From: Gemmatimonadaceae bacterium
Lineage (GTDB): Bacteria > Gemmatimonadota > Gemmatimonadetes > Gemmatimonadales > Gemmatimonadaceae
Assembly (NCBI GenBank): GCA_045803545.1
Contig: JBJMOW010000005.1
Span: 992,001-1,056,000, forward strand
Direction: 5' to 3'
Length of the DNA stretch: 64,000 bases
In this document: one piece after another, positions 1-9,929 of the stretch
How positions within the stretch are numbered: the first letter of the stretch is position 1
How the letters are laid out: each line of letters starts with the position of its first letter
Notes under the pieces: generated by a model
What the model saw: only the letters and a program-made list of their open reading frames with translations
What the model was told of the DNA's origin: nothing
Database searches by the model: none
Position numbers and translations under genes: made by a program

Positions 1-428
1 TCACCATTGACGAAATTGAGATCTTCGCGCTTCTCGATGTCGAGGCGTTGAGCGACGCGCGCAGTGTCACCTTCGCGTCGCCAGATAAGCGCGCTGATTT
101 TCCCGGAGGAATCGCGGTGAAACTCGATTCGAGATTGCACCGCGCTCGAATCGGCTGCGGCAGGCCCGGCAAAAAACCGATCGCGATCAGTCGGGAACAG
201 CGTTCGAACATCTCCAGACTCATCGAACGCGACCAGCTGATTCTTTCCGGTGAGCTCCGCCCACGGCTGGAGGTACACGAAGGAATCGCTGCTCCATTGA
301 TAGATCCCCGCGTATTCGCGGAGCGCGTTTTCGTCGAGTAATCGTCCAGCTGAGGATTGCTGCGCCGAGCAACCGACGGGACTGGCAATGATAAGGGCGG
401 CGGATACCGCGCGAAGCGTGCTGCGCAT
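1..428 (-). CDS. Partial exported (lipo)protein, probably the N-terminal part of an alpha/beta hydrolase or peptidase; runs off the window edge
   Basis: Manual translation from ATG 428: MRSTLRAVSAALIIASPVGCSAQQ...EKREDLNFVNG. Open to base 1, with a signal peptide and possible lipobox. Not in the ORF track. Family assignment is inference. Confidence 0.6.
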   Translation of the reverse strand, partial: MRSTLRAVSAALIIASPVGCSAQQSSAGRLLDENALREYAGIYQWSSDSFVYLQPWAELTGKNQLVAFDESGDVRTLFPTDRDRFFAGPAAADSSAVQSRIEFHRDSSGKISALIWRREGDTARVAQRLDIEKREDLNFVNG

Positions 429-517
429 ACGACCCCGTTCAACCGAACCTGACAATTACGTTTTTCGGTGATATTGGGTTTCCGGCACAGCTTGAGGCAG
501 CTTGCGGCCAGCGCGAT

Positions 518-847
518 TCACGTGTCAGCCGCGTAGTAGTCGCGCACGCACCACACCACTGCGTCATCAACCAGTTTGTCGCGCTCGCGCTGGGCAACTG
601 AAGGGGTTATCAGCGGAGTGTCGCCAAGCACGGCCCGCTTGACAGTCACGATCACCGCTTCCGGCGGAGCACCCTTTTTCTTGAGCGAGGAAACGACTTC
701 ACGAACGAGCTCGCGAACCTCGGCAGGTTCAACAACCGGGCGTTCCACTGCGGCACGCAGCTGACTTACAGGATCGCCGGGCTCGCGGCTGCGACCGGTG
801 TCGGACATGCGCCAAAATCGAACCCTGCGCCCAGAAATCAAGGGCAA
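518..847 (-). CDS. Small hypothetical protein (likely start ATG 809)
   Basis: Helical protein ending ...DDAVVWCVRDYYAADT. Similar in pattern to 10170-10490. Confidence 0.55.
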   Translation of the reverse strand: MPLISGRRVRFWRMSDTGRSREPGDPVSQLRAAVERPVVEPAEVRELVREVVSSLKKKGAPPEAVIVTVKRAVLGDTPLITPSVAQRERDKLVDDAVVWCVRDYYAADT

Positions 848-910
848 TTATGAGAAAAAAAAAGCGAATGGTCCTGACTCCTCGCTGATTTCCGGCACGC
901 AACCCGCAGC

Positions 911-1129
911 ATGCTTCCGTCCATGTTTGAGGGAGAAACACTGCCTGGTGACGAACCGTCGGAGGCTATCGCGCCCGAGGTCTGGGCGCGGATTGCCGCA
1001 GATATGGAGCGAATCGCCTTCGAGAACGACGAGCTTCGCGCCGAGATATTGCGGCTGCGCGAGGAGCTGAGGCGAATGCGCGGCGGCTTGGGGCGTCAGC
1101 GCCCTGCGAGGGCGAAGCGAGGCAAGTAG
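911..1129 (+). CDS. Small coiled-coil hypothetical protein
   Basis: ENDELRAEILRLREELRR heptad pattern. Start uncertain. Confidence 0.4.
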   Translation: MLPSMFEGETLPGDEPSEAIAPEVWARIAADMERIAFENDELRAEILRLREELRRMRGGLGRQRPARAKRGK

Positions 1130-1145
1130 CGGTCGCTGAAGCGCA

Positions 1146-2534
1146 TCACCCCACCGGCGCCACCTGGTACTGCTCCAACTTTCCGTCCGGCATCTCGAAC
1201 GTCCACACCCTGATCGTGCGATTGGGGAACGTCACCCGATAATTGCGATACGTCATTCCGCCGCGCAGTGAAGTTCTCGTCTGCACGAAACCGGTTGGTG
1301 TGCCTAGTGGACCAAGACTCGACTGAAAATCCTTGAGCGCCTGATCGCTGAAGTAGAAGTTCGCGTTCGATGTGAAGAGTGAGCGATCGATCGTTCCCTT
1401 CTGCAATCCCTCGAAGATCGCTTTCGCCTGCGCCGTTCTGCTGTCGGCGAGCTTGTCTTCGGTCGCAAAGAGAATCGAAGCGATTCCGTTGGCGATGGTA
1501 CTCGCCGCCGACGACGCGTCCTGATTAGTCAGCACCACGATCGCCACCGAGTCGTCGGGAAATACCATGTTCTCGGCGACGAAGCCGGAGACTTCGCCCG
1601 AGTGCTCGAGCATGAATCGTCCGCCCTGCATGCCGACGTCGAGGCCGAGTGAGTAGCCGGTGCCAGCGCCGTTGTTGAGGACGATTTCGCGCTCGAGCTC
1701 GCGCCACGATGCGGGCGTGAGAATGTTGCAGCGTTTGATGATGCAGATGTCCCACCTGGCGAGATCGCTGGCCGTCATCGCCAGCTCGAAGGCGGCGAAT
1801 CCCCATCCAGCGCCAGCGTCGGGCGCCGGACGCAGCGGACCAAGGCCGTAGCGTAGGTAGCCGGTTGCGTCAGACGCGCGCGGATTGACGTCGAAGTCTT
1901 TCGCGGTGGTGAGACCAAGCGGGTCGAGAATGCGCGTCTTCACGAACTGCCAGATCGGAATTCCCGCCGCCTTCTCGACCGCCATTCCAGCGAGAGTGTA
2001 GTTGGTGTTGCTGTATTGCCACCGCGATCCCGGCTCGAAGTCGAGCGACTTCTTCGCCCACGCGTCCGCGATCGCTTGGGGCGTCGTCGCCTTGAGCATT
2101 CCCGGCATCACATAGTCCTGCGGCCAGAAGTCCTGATAACCCGACGTGTGAGACAGAAGCATCCGAATCGTGACGTCGTTCCCGCGAGTGAGAGCGGGGA
2201 CGTATTTCGAAATGGGGTCGTCGAGTTTGAGTTTGCCTTCTTGTTGGAGAATTAGGGCTGCGACGGCGGTAAACTGCTTACTGATCGAGCCGACTGCGTA
2301 GCGCATGCTCGCACTCGCCGACATCTGGGGCTCGAGTTTGGCGGCGCCGTACGCGTTCGCATAAGCGAGCGCGCCGTTCTTTGCTACTGCCACCGTTGCA
2401 CTGGGCATACCCGTGGACTGCAAGACTTGCCGCGCAATTGAGTCGATCGAAGTTGATAGCGTGGCGGACGACTGGCCCGCGACCAATGAAGGGAACACAA
2501 GAGTGGCACAAATAACGATGGCATTTTGTCTCAT
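1146..2534 (-). CDS. Serine hydrolase, beta-lactamase class C/AmpC-like family, exported
   Basis: Signal peptide, SxxK (GSISKQF), LLSHTSG, YSN and HSG motifs. RBS GAGGTG upstream. Confidence 0.9.
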   Translation of the reverse strand: MRQNAIVICATLVFPSLVAGQSSATLSTSIDSIARQVLQSTGMPSATVAVAKNGALAYANAYGAAKLEPQMSASASMRYAVGSISKQFTAVAALILQQEGKLKLDDPISKYVPALTRGNDVTIRMLLSHTSGYQDFWPQDYVMPGMLKATTPQAIADAWAKKSLDFEPGSRWQYSNTNYTLAGMAVEKAAGIPIWQFVKTRILDPLGLTTAKDFDVNPRASDATGYLRYGLGPLRPAPDAGAGWGFAAFELAMTASDLARWDICIIKRCNILTPASWRELEREIVLNNGAGTGYSLGLDVGMQGGRFMLEHSGEVSGFVAENMVFPDDSVAIVVLTNQDASSAASTIANGIASILFATEDKLADSRTAQAKAIFEGLQKGTIDRSLFTSNANFYFSDQALKDFQSSLGPLGTPTGFVQTRTSLRGGMTYRNYRVTFPNRTIRVWTFEMPDGKLEQYQVAPVG

Positions 2535-3016
2535 TGAATCACCTCAGTTTTTTAAAATCTTTTTTCTCACCCATTGACGAGCCCCTCGGCTAGAATTTCT
2601 CGGGGACTAGACCTTACCCCGTTCAAGAGCCTTACGGAATGGCGAATTTCATATCAGGAGAATGGGTTTCCTATCACTCGGGCGGAACGCTTGAGGCCTA
2701 CGAGTGACTTGTTGGGACAACGCGTAAATAAAACGAGGGTCGAGGGTATTACTCTCGACGAGGTCTCTTGGACCTCAGCATGAGTGCAGACAACGGACTC
2801 TTGCGGCCAAGGTGACGACTCCAATCAGCTGATGGAAATTGACCTCGGGTGGTAGAAAAACGACATTTTCCCAGGCCCCCGACGCCTCGTCTTTTTTGGG
2901 TTACCAATAGGGGCGAGCGGATCACAGACCGTGCGTTTTTTGGCGTAGCCGAAGGCTGGCCGAATTGGGCTCGCTTCGAGGGCTCAACACGGCCGCCGCT
3001 ACAAAAAGGGTTGCGC

Positions 3017-3040
3017 AAGGTTTACTTTTAAGTCAACCTT
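3017..3040. promoter_or_regulatory. Imperfect palindrome, candidate antitoxin operator
   Basis: AAGGTTTACTT-TT-AAGTCAACCTT (11-bp arms, 1 mismatch) immediately before the probable toxin start. Confidence 0.55.
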
Positions 3041-3438
3041 TGAAACCCATTACTGAGCTAATCCGCCAAGGGAAGGCGTGTGCGGTCTATTTCGTGGCTG
3101 ATAACGGACGGTTCCGTGCTAAGGAGTACTTCGACTCAGCCGACAAGAAAGATCGAGCCCGTCTTCACGCTCTCGTCAAGATCGTCTCTGACGCGGGCAA
3201 GCTTGCGAGCGATGGTATGGGACATTGGCTCAAAGGGAAGTTCAAGAAAGTGTACGAATTCAAGACAAAGAAGTGCCGGTGTTTCGCCTTACAGCGAGGG
3301 CCGGATTACTACCTGATGAACGCGGCCGACAAGGCCAAGCCGAAAAAACAGGAGAAGGATTACGAACGAGCTCTTGAACTACGCGAGAGACTCGTCACTC
3401 AATTCGACCAAGGCGAAAGCGATGAAAGAGGGCGGTAA
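3040..3438 (+). CDS. RelE/HigB (Gp49-like) family toxin; start uncertain (TTG 3040 or 2965)
   Basis: Pattern YF..NG...AKEYF....KDRARL..LV..V...G...WLKG...VYEFK....RCF......YYLMNA..K..PK..KDYERA matches the HigB/Gp49 layout. First gene of the operon. Confidence 0.7.
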   Translation: MKPITELIRQGKACAVYFVADNGRFRAKEYFDSADKKDRARLHALVKIVSDAGKLASDGMGHWLKGKFKKVYEFKTKKCRCFALQRGPDYYLMNAADKAKPKKQEKDYERALELRERLVTQFDQGESDERGR

Positions 3439-3877
3439 TAGAACTGGTAACTGGCTCACGGATCAGGGAGCCGACAATGCTGAAGTGCGCGCCTACGGAG
3501 AAGAACTGGCAATCGCAAGCGGCGCCGAGGCGATTGCCCGCGCAATGGAGTCTTCTGGAATTACTCGAGCAGCGCTTGCCGAGCGTCTCGGGTGCCACAA
3601 AAGCTTTGTAACCCGCGTGTTGTCCGGTCCGCAGAACATGACCTTAGCGACAATGGGCGCATTTCTTTGGGGCTGCGGTTATGAGGTCAAATCGATAGAC
3701 ACTGAGCCTTTAGGAACTCAGGAGTTCGTTGAGGAGCCGATCAAGGTAGAAGTGACCGTACAGGCAGTCGATCAGTTTGTAGCGTCATGGGAAGCCGTTC
3801 CAAGTTTCACTGAGTTCTTCGCCAACGAGGTTGTTGAGCGCGACACGGCCCCCAACAACCTCGCACTGGTTGCTTAA
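3422..3877 (+). CDS. HigA-like XRE HTH antitoxin with C-terminal extension (putative ChAD)
   Basis: GITRAALAERLGCHKSFVTRVLSGPQNMTLATM HTH. Overlaps the toxin stop. Has a ~60-aa acidic/aromatic tail. Confidence 0.8.
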   Translation: MKEGGNRTGNWLTDQGADNAEVRAYGEELAIASGAEAIARAMESSGITRAALAERLGCHKSFVTRVLSGPQNMTLATMGAFLWGCGYEVKSIDTEPLGTQEFVEEPIKVEVTVQAVDQFVASWEAVPSFTEFFANEVVERDTAPNNLALVA

Positions 3878-4368
3878 TGGACACAAGCAAACCCGCAGGG
3901 ATTCGCTTCGACCAGATCTATCTTCACAGGGCGAACTTCATGCATCGCGAGGGCGCGCTGAACCTTCCCCACGACACGCCTCATCCTGCGAACTTTTCGA
4001 TTGGTGTTAGTCTGCAGTATTACCGAAGCACCGTGCCAGGCAGAGCAGGCGTCGGGGTGACTGTGGCCACTGATCCAACCGATCAAACGGTGCTCTACCA
4101 TTTTCAGGTAGAAATGGTGGCGCTCGCTGGGGAAATCTTGGGCGAACCCAACATGCCAATATCCGAATTCATGCGGGGTCCAGCATTGGTCGCTCTCGTC
4201 CCCTTCCTGAGGGAAGCCATTGCTAACCTGACGATGCGTGGGCGGTTCGGCCCTGTTTGGCTCCATCCAATGAACCTGCAACAAATCCTACTTGAGTCCG
4301 GCAGCAGGGTGGATCTGGAATTACGGGCGACTGAAGAAGTTTCCGATAAGGAAAAAGCAACAGCATAG
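3877..4368 (+). CDS. SecB-like chaperone
   Basis: IRFDQIYL...F at the N-terminus and LVPFLREAIANLTMRGRFGPVWLHPMN matching the SecB C-terminal signature. TAATG overlap with the antitoxin. Confidence 0.8.
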   Translation: MDTSKPAGIRFDQIYLHRANFMHREGALNLPHDTPHPANFSIGVSLQYYRSTVPGRAGVGVTVATDPTDQTVLYHFQVEMVALAGEILGEPNMPISEFMRGPALVALVPFLREAIANLTMRGRFGPVWLHPMNLQQILLESGSRVDLELRATEEVSDKEKATA

Positions 4369-4385
4369 GATTCCACGAACGAGCG

Positions 4386-4637
4386 ATGGGCTACGGTGGC
4401 CTCGGGACTTCATCTCGAGTCCATGGACAAGGTGGACGACCATACCTGGACGCTTCTCGGAAGAAGGATGCGTCCGTTTGGAGCGCGGGGGAGCTAGTAC
4501 GGGTAGTAGTCCAGCAGACGAGACCGGATTCAACGACCGTTCGAATTATCTCAAAGAAAAGAAAGGCGACGAACGTTGCCGCACGGGGCGACTACTCTCA
4601 GGCGATCTTCAACGACATCGAGCTCAAAATGAAATAA
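4386..4637 (+). pseudogene. Possible truncated gene remnant
   Basis: C-terminal half looks protein-like (GELVRVVVQQ...TVRIISKKRKATNV...GDYSQAIF); N-terminal part does not. Confidence 0.3.
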
Positions 4638-4771
4638 CCGCCAGTCGAGACCAAATCGTCGTAATGTGAATGACTTCTTCACAGCGACTATTGGGTCACT
4701 GGCTAGTAACCCACCGGCGGTAACTGGACGAACAAGCGCGTGCCTGTAGTCTCCGAAAAGCGAGCCGGGAA

Positions 4772-7087
4772 TCAAGCGGCTGTGCGCGGTTGGTATAGAT
4801 ACTTCTGAAAACCCGCGAACACTCTTCCTATCTCTTCGGGTTTGCCCAACTCGGCGACTGCGTCGGCGATTGAGTGGTGGTACTTGAGGTGGAGGAGTGG
4901 GGTGAGCTTGTCGCGATCGAGCTCACGGACCCCTTCGTGAATGTAATGCGAAAGGACGAAGTCTAGAAATCGTTGCTGCTTGTCGGTGAAGTGACTCCTA
5001 ATATCTACCTTCGCCCCATCTGCACGCTCCTGCCGAGTAATCGTGGGTAGGGCATACGCAACGTGTGCTAGGACGTCGAATAGGTCGCTCTTCTCGGCGT
5101 CGATCACGCGTTGCATTTCGGCCATCTGTTCGGCCCCAAACCCCTTTTCCGCAAGGCCGCTCAACAATCTCGAGCGAGTGTCGGGATTACTCCAGATACT
5201 GCGGAGTTCAGCTTCGTCCTTGAAGAATTCCGGAAGCTTCCCGAAAAGCAGTTCGATGAACTGCTGCGCAGACATTGGCGTTCCGTCGGGATGCCAGAAG
5301 GTGGTCACCATCATGTGTTGGATTGTTCTGGCTTTACCGTCTGCAAGCTTCACCTTGATTTTCTTCGGTGGTGGAGGGGGAGCAGGACCTGGCCCCTCCG
5401 GACCAGGGCCTCGCGGCGTTTTAGGTTCGACCGGTTCGGGCTCGATAGGCTCGCCATCCCACTCGGGATCGCTGAAGTGCTGGTGAGCTTTTACAAAATC
5501 GTAGATCGTAAAGTAGTACTTACCGTCGTATAGTCGCGTACCACGGCCGATAATCTGTTTGAATTCCACTATCGAATTGATTGGCCGCATCAGTACGATA
5601 TTCCGAATATTCCTCGCATCGACTCCGGTAGACAGTTTTTGCGAAGTCGTCAGAATCGTAGGAATGGTTTTCTCGTTGTCCTGGAAGTCCCGCAAGTGCT
5701 GCTCGCCAAGTGCCCCGTCGTTGGATGTGACGCGTTCGCAATAGCGAGGATCACTGCTCGCTTTCATTTGGTTGATCAGATCACGAACAGCGAGCGCGTG
5801 ATCCTGAGTAGCGCAGAAGACCAGCGTCTTCTCCTTCTGGTCTATTTGGTCCATCATGATGCGCACTCGCTCTGCTTCACGCGCCTCGATTTCGATCACT
5901 TTGTTAAAGTCGCTCTCCGTGTAGCGCTTACCAGCTTCGATCTCTCCCTCGATCAGATTGTCGTCGGGCGTATAGACGTATTCGTCGAGCGTCGTAGAGA
6001 TCTGCTTCACCTTAAACGGCGTCAGGAAGCCGTCGTTGATCCCCTCTTTTAAGGAGTAGGTGTAGACGGGCTCACCGAAGTAGGCGTAGGTGTCGATGTT
6101 TTCCTGACGCTTCGGGGTCGCCGTGAGGCCAAGCTGCACCGCGGGCGCGAAGTATTCGAGTATCCCACGCCAATTGCTCTCATCGTTGGCACCGCCGCGG
6201 TGGCACTCGTCGATGACGATGAAGTCGAAGAAATCCGGCAGATATTCCCCAAAGTATGGAGATTCCTTCCCGTCCTTCGGCGGACCGCTCATGAAAGTCT
6301 GAAAGATCGTGAAGAACAAGCTCCCGTTTTTCGGCACCTTCCCTTTCTTGCGAATGTCGGCAGGGTCGATACGTACCATCGCGTCTTCCGGAAAAGATGT
6401 AAACGCGTTGTAGGCTTGATCTGCCAGGATGTTTCGATCGGCAAGGAAGAGAATGCGAGGCCGCCGGGATGGCTCACGCGTGAGATTCCAACGACTCTGG
6501 AACAGTTTCCATGCGATCTGAAAAGCGATGAAGGTTTTACCAGTTCCTGTAGCAAGGGTCAGGAGGACGCGCTGCCGGCCGGCGGCGATTGCCTCTAGTA
6601 CTCTGTCAACGGCAATGTCCTGGAAGTACCTAGCTGCGAATGTTCCTCCTTTATCCTCGAACGGGACCGCGTCGAACCGTTCTCGCCAAGGGTTCGCTTT
6701 GGCGAATGTGAGGTTCCATAACTCGTTCGGGCTCGGATAGTTCTCAAGTTTCGCTTCCGTGCCCGTCAGCATATCTACGCCATAGATGGCTTGGCCGTTT
6801 GTCGCGTAGGCGAAACGAACGGCAAGTTTCGCCGCATAGTTTTTGGCTTGCCCCAATCCTTCGGTAAGCATCTTGTCCCAGGCCTTTGCCTCAATGACCG
6901 CAAGCTTGTGGTTGCGGTAGACGAGGATGTAATCGGCACAGAGCGACTTAGAGCGCCGTCCCGACGCCTCGATCCGACCTAGCGTGAACGCATACTCACG
7001 AACGATTCGACTGCCCTCCACCATGCCCCACCCCGCCGCTCTTAGAGCGGGATCTATGACCTCGGCTCTCGTCTCCGTTTCGTTCAT
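4772..7087 (-). CDS. hsdR: Type I restriction enzyme R subunit (EcoAI-like)
   Basis: ADYIL..IEAK nuclease motif, QAKNYA, ATGTGKT, DECH, GLTATP and QIIGRGTR helicase motifs. Confidence 0.95.
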   Translation of the reverse strand: MNETETRAEVIDPALRAAGWGMVEGSRIVREYAFTLGRIEASGRRSKSLCADYILVYRNHKLAVIEAKAWDKMLTEGLGQAKNYAAKLAVRFAYATNGQAIYGVDMLTGTEAKLENYPSPNELWNLTFAKANPWRERFDAVPFEDKGGTFAARYFQDIAVDRVLEAIAAGRQRVLLTLATGTGKTFIAFQIAWKLFQSRWNLTREPSRRPRILFLADRNILADQAYNAFTSFPEDAMVRIDPADIRKKGKVPKNGSLFFTIFQTFMSGPPKDGKESPYFGEYLPDFFDFIVIDECHRGGANDESNWRGILEYFAPAVQLGLTATPKRQENIDTYAYFGEPVYTYSLKEGINDGFLTPFKVKQISTTLDEYVYTPDDNLIEGEIEAGKRYTESDFNKVIEIEAREAERVRIMMDQIDQKEKTLVFCATQDHALAVRDLINQMKASSDPRYCERVTSNDGALGEQHLRDFQDNEKTIPTILTTSQKLSTGVDARNIRNIVLMRPINSIVEFKQIIGRGTRLYDGKYYFTIYDFVKAHQHFSDPEWDGEPIEPEPVEPKTPRGPGPEGPGPAPPPPPKKIKVKLADGKARTIQHMMVTTFWHPDGTPMSAQQFIELLFGKLPEFFKDEAELRSIWSNPDTRSRLLSGLAEKGFGAEQMAEMQRVIDAEKSDLFDVLAHVAYALPTITRQERADGAKVDIRSHFTDKQQRFLDFVLSHYIHEGVRELDRDKLTPLLHLKYHHSIADAVAELGKPEEIGRVFAGFQKYLYQPRTAA

Positions 7088-7169
7088 CGGTTTGACTTCT
7101 TGAGGGCGCTAAGGAGTGTTTTTAGGGGTGTCCAAAGCAGCGGCATGTGCTCGCTCAATTTGCATTTAA

Positions 7170-8330
7170 CTAGAGCTGGCCAGTGAAAGCTCGATGCAGC
7201 AAGGATTTTTTCAGCGCTCCAAGCGCAGCGAGCTTGGTTTCGTATAGCGCTTCGAGGCGGCGCGTTTTGTGGGACAGTGACTCGATGCTCTCCACGAGAG
7301 TCACTTGCGCTGCTAGAGACTCTGGAATCGGAATCGGAATGGAATTCAACGCTTTTTGGGTCAGCTTTGGCTGAGCAGCGCCTCTGATATACTGGTCAAT
7401 CTGGATGGTCTCCAGGTAAAACTCGACGAATCGCTGGGTCGCGATGTTTTCAAACTTCAGTATGTGCGCATGATTGTTTACCCAATATTTCCCGGATACT
7501 GAAAATGCGATTGGCGTAGCTCTCATCAGCAAGTTTGCACCGTCTTCAGACACTAGTAGGGCATCGCAATCGAAGATGTAGTCGGCAACGCGATCGACGA
7601 TCCCCGAGGCTCCGTAATACGGATACTTGCCCGCTTTGCGCATGTTCCTTGTGATTGGAATTCGCCTGCTGTCCAGGTTAATCGAAACCTGATTTATGGT
7701 CTTTTCGACCCAACCCTCTCCGCGTCGGCGAAACAGCGCGTGAGTGTGACTTTTCAGAATGCTACGTGCGTTTTCAAGGTTCTTTTGAGCAGTGGCCTGA
7801 GCCCCCGCGATGCTCTCGAGTGCGTCTGTCATTGTTTCGACAATTCGCGTCTGCTCTGACAGCGGAGGAACCGGTATCGGCACCTTTCCGAGCTTCTCGC
7901 GGCTTATTCGCTTACGGGTAGTGCCCGTTGCCTCGGCGTCGACTGCCTGGAGGTACTCAGGTGTTCGACAGTATAGATCAAAAAACTCTGGAAGGAGTCG
8001 ACTCCGATCAAAACGAACAATTGTGCAATCGACGGCGGTGATCATGCGCTTGCCTGTATCCGGTACGATGCAGCTTCGACCAATGGGATCGGGCAGTCGG
8101 GAGATAAGGGAGTCGCCTTCGAAGATTTCTGTGCAGCGCAACCTCTTAAATGTCGTCTCCGAGATATGCCGTGCCTTCTCTCCTCGATCCTTAAAAACTC
8201 CCTCCCCTACGTTCCCAGTTTGAACAAGTCGAATTCCCTCTGACGACTGATCCTTGCTCTCCACCCAGTCGCCATCCGTGAAGACTTCACAAAGTTTCGC
8301 GAGTTGAACGGTTGGCCACGAATCATTCAC
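7170..8330 (-). CDS. hsdS: Type I R-M specificity subunit
   Basis: Two TRDs, IPVPPLSEQ and IPIP repeats, C-terminal LKKSLLHRAFTGQL. Confidence 0.93.
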   Translation of the reverse strand: MNDSWPTVQLAKLCEVFTDGDWVESKDQSSEGIRLVQTGNVGEGVFKDRGEKARHISETTFKRLRCTEIFEGDSLISRLPDPIGRSCIVPDTGKRMITAVDCTIVRFDRSRLLPEFFDLYCRTPEYLQAVDAEATGTTRKRISREKLGKVPIPVPPLSEQTRIVETMTDALESIAGAQATAQKNLENARSILKSHTHALFRRRGEGWVEKTINQVSINLDSRRIPITRNMRKAGKYPYYGASGIVDRVADYIFDCDALLVSEDGANLLMRATPIAFSVSGKYWVNNHAHILKFENIATQRFVEFYLETIQIDQYIRGAAQPKLTQKALNSIPIPIPESLAAQVTLVESIESLSHKTRRLEALYETKLAALGALKKSLLHRAFTGQL

Positions 8331-9781
8331 AAGATTGCCTTGATACTCTCGAGCAACTCCGCGCCCTCAGCATCCAAAGAAGCAATCTCGTTGATGATCT
8401 CTTGCGGACTACGATGGACGGCTTCCGGCCCCCTCGTCGGATTCCTGACCGACAAGTCAAAACTTTTCGTGTGAATAGTACTGGCCTCAATTGTCCAGCT
8501 CTTTGGCGAATTGGCAAACACTCGCTGCAGTTCGACAAACTCTGCGAGGTCCTTATCATTCAGCGGATTCGTCTTGCCGAGATTACGACCCGGTTCGAGC
8601 TGGTAGAACCAAATCGTCTTCGTCGGGGCACCCTTCTCGAAGAACAGCACAACCGTCTTCACTCCCGCTCCTTGGAAAGTCCCCGCTGGGCAGTCCAACA
8701 CCGTATGCAGATTGCAGCTTTCAAGCAACAATTTGCGGAGGCTAACGGACGCGTTATCGGTATTCGATAGAAACGTGTTTTTAATTACGAGGCCTGCCCG
8801 CCCTCCCGCTCTGAGAATCTTGATAAAGTGTTGGAGAAAGAGAAATGCCGTCTCTCCAGTACGGATGGGAAAGTTTTGCTGCACCTCCTTCCGTTCCTTC
8901 CCCCCGAATGGCGGGTTAGCCATCACAACTTCGAAGCGGTCCTTCTCCTGAATGTCAGACAGATTCTCGCTAAGGGTGTTTGTGTGCACGATGTTCGGCG
9001 CCTCGATCCCGTGCAGGATCATGTTCATGATCCCGATCACGTAGGCGAGCGGCTTTTTTTCTTTCCCGTAGAATGTGCTTTCCTGGAGCGTCCTCGACTC
9101 CTTCGTAGATAGCCCAGGCTTCCCTTTTAGGTACTCGAAGGACTCGCATAGGAACCCGGCAGAGCCAACGGCTCCGTCATAGATACGCTCACCAATCTTC
9201 GGCTGCACAACCTGCACGATGGCTCGAATCAGCGGACGGGGAGTGTAATACTCTCCGCCATTGCGCCCGGCGTTGCCCATATTTCTGATTTTCGCTTCGT
9301 AGAGGTGCGACAGCTCGTGCTTCTCGGTCTGCGAGCCGAATCTCAACTCGTCGATCTGATCGATGATTTCGCGCAGATTGTAGCCGGAGGTGATCTTGTT
9401 TTTTATCTCCCCGAAGATCTCACCAATCTTGTATTCGATCGTGTTCGGGCCAGTTGCACTCTGCTTAAAGCCGTGGAGATAGGGAAAGAGTTTGCCGTTG
9501 ACAAAATCGCGGAGATCGTCGCCGGTTTGTGCTTTGTTGTGATCGATCTGGCCATCGCTGCCTTTCGGCGCCGCCCAACTTTCCCAGCGGTAATCCTTAT
9601 CAAGAATGAAAGTCTGTTTCTTTCCGTGGAGCTCGGCCTCCAACCGCTTCTCCTGCTCGAGCGCGTCAAGGTATTTCAGGAATAGCAGCCACGATGTCTG
9701 CTCGGTGTAGTCCAACTCGGTCGTGCAGCCTGCTTCTTTCCTTAGGACGTCATCGATGTTCTTGAAGGCTTGCTCGAACAC
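8327..9781 (-). CDS. hsdM: Type I R-M N6-adenine methyltransferase
   Basis: GEYYTPR, DGAVGSAGFL and NPPF motifs. Overlaps the hsdS start. Confidence 0.95.
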   Translation of the reverse strand: MFEQAFKNIDDVLRKEAGCTTELDYTEQTSWLLFLKYLDALEQEKRLEAELHGKKQTFILDKDYRWESWAAPKGSDGQIDHNKAQTGDDLRDFVNGKLFPYLHGFKQSATGPNTIEYKIGEIFGEIKNKITSGYNLREIIDQIDELRFGSQTEKHELSHLYEAKIRNMGNAGRNGGEYYTPRPLIRAIVQVVQPKIGERIYDGAVGSAGFLCESFEYLKGKPGLSTKESRTLQESTFYGKEKKPLAYVIGIMNMILHGIEAPNIVHTNTLSENLSDIQEKDRFEVVMANPPFGGKERKEVQQNFPIRTGETAFLFLQHFIKILRAGGRAGLVIKNTFLSNTDNASVSLRKLLLESCNLHTVLDCPAGTFQGAGVKTVVLFFEKGAPTKTIWFYQLEPGRNLGKTNPLNDKDLAEFVELQRVFANSPKSWTIEASTIHTKSFDLSVRNPTRGPEAVHRSPQEIINEIASLDAEGAELLESIKAIL

Positions 9782-9929
9782 TGCAGCGTTGGGATAGAGG
9801 TTAGAGAAGCGGGCGTAGAAGCCCGGCTCCGCAATGGATATTCTACCGTCCCCGACTGGTGCCCAACATCTGTTGGGCCAGGCGAGTGCTGGACCGGAAG
9901 GCTAACCCATTGGTTTATTTAGCGTTGTA

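Noticed and set aside
48..341. Plus-strand 97-aa ORF and the many antisense shadow ORFs in the track
   Set aside because: They lie opposite or out of frame to better-supported genes, as expected in GC-rich DNA.
893..908. Sigma-54 promoter CGGCACGCAACCCGCA
   Set aside because: Poor -12 element and too close to the ATG at 911.
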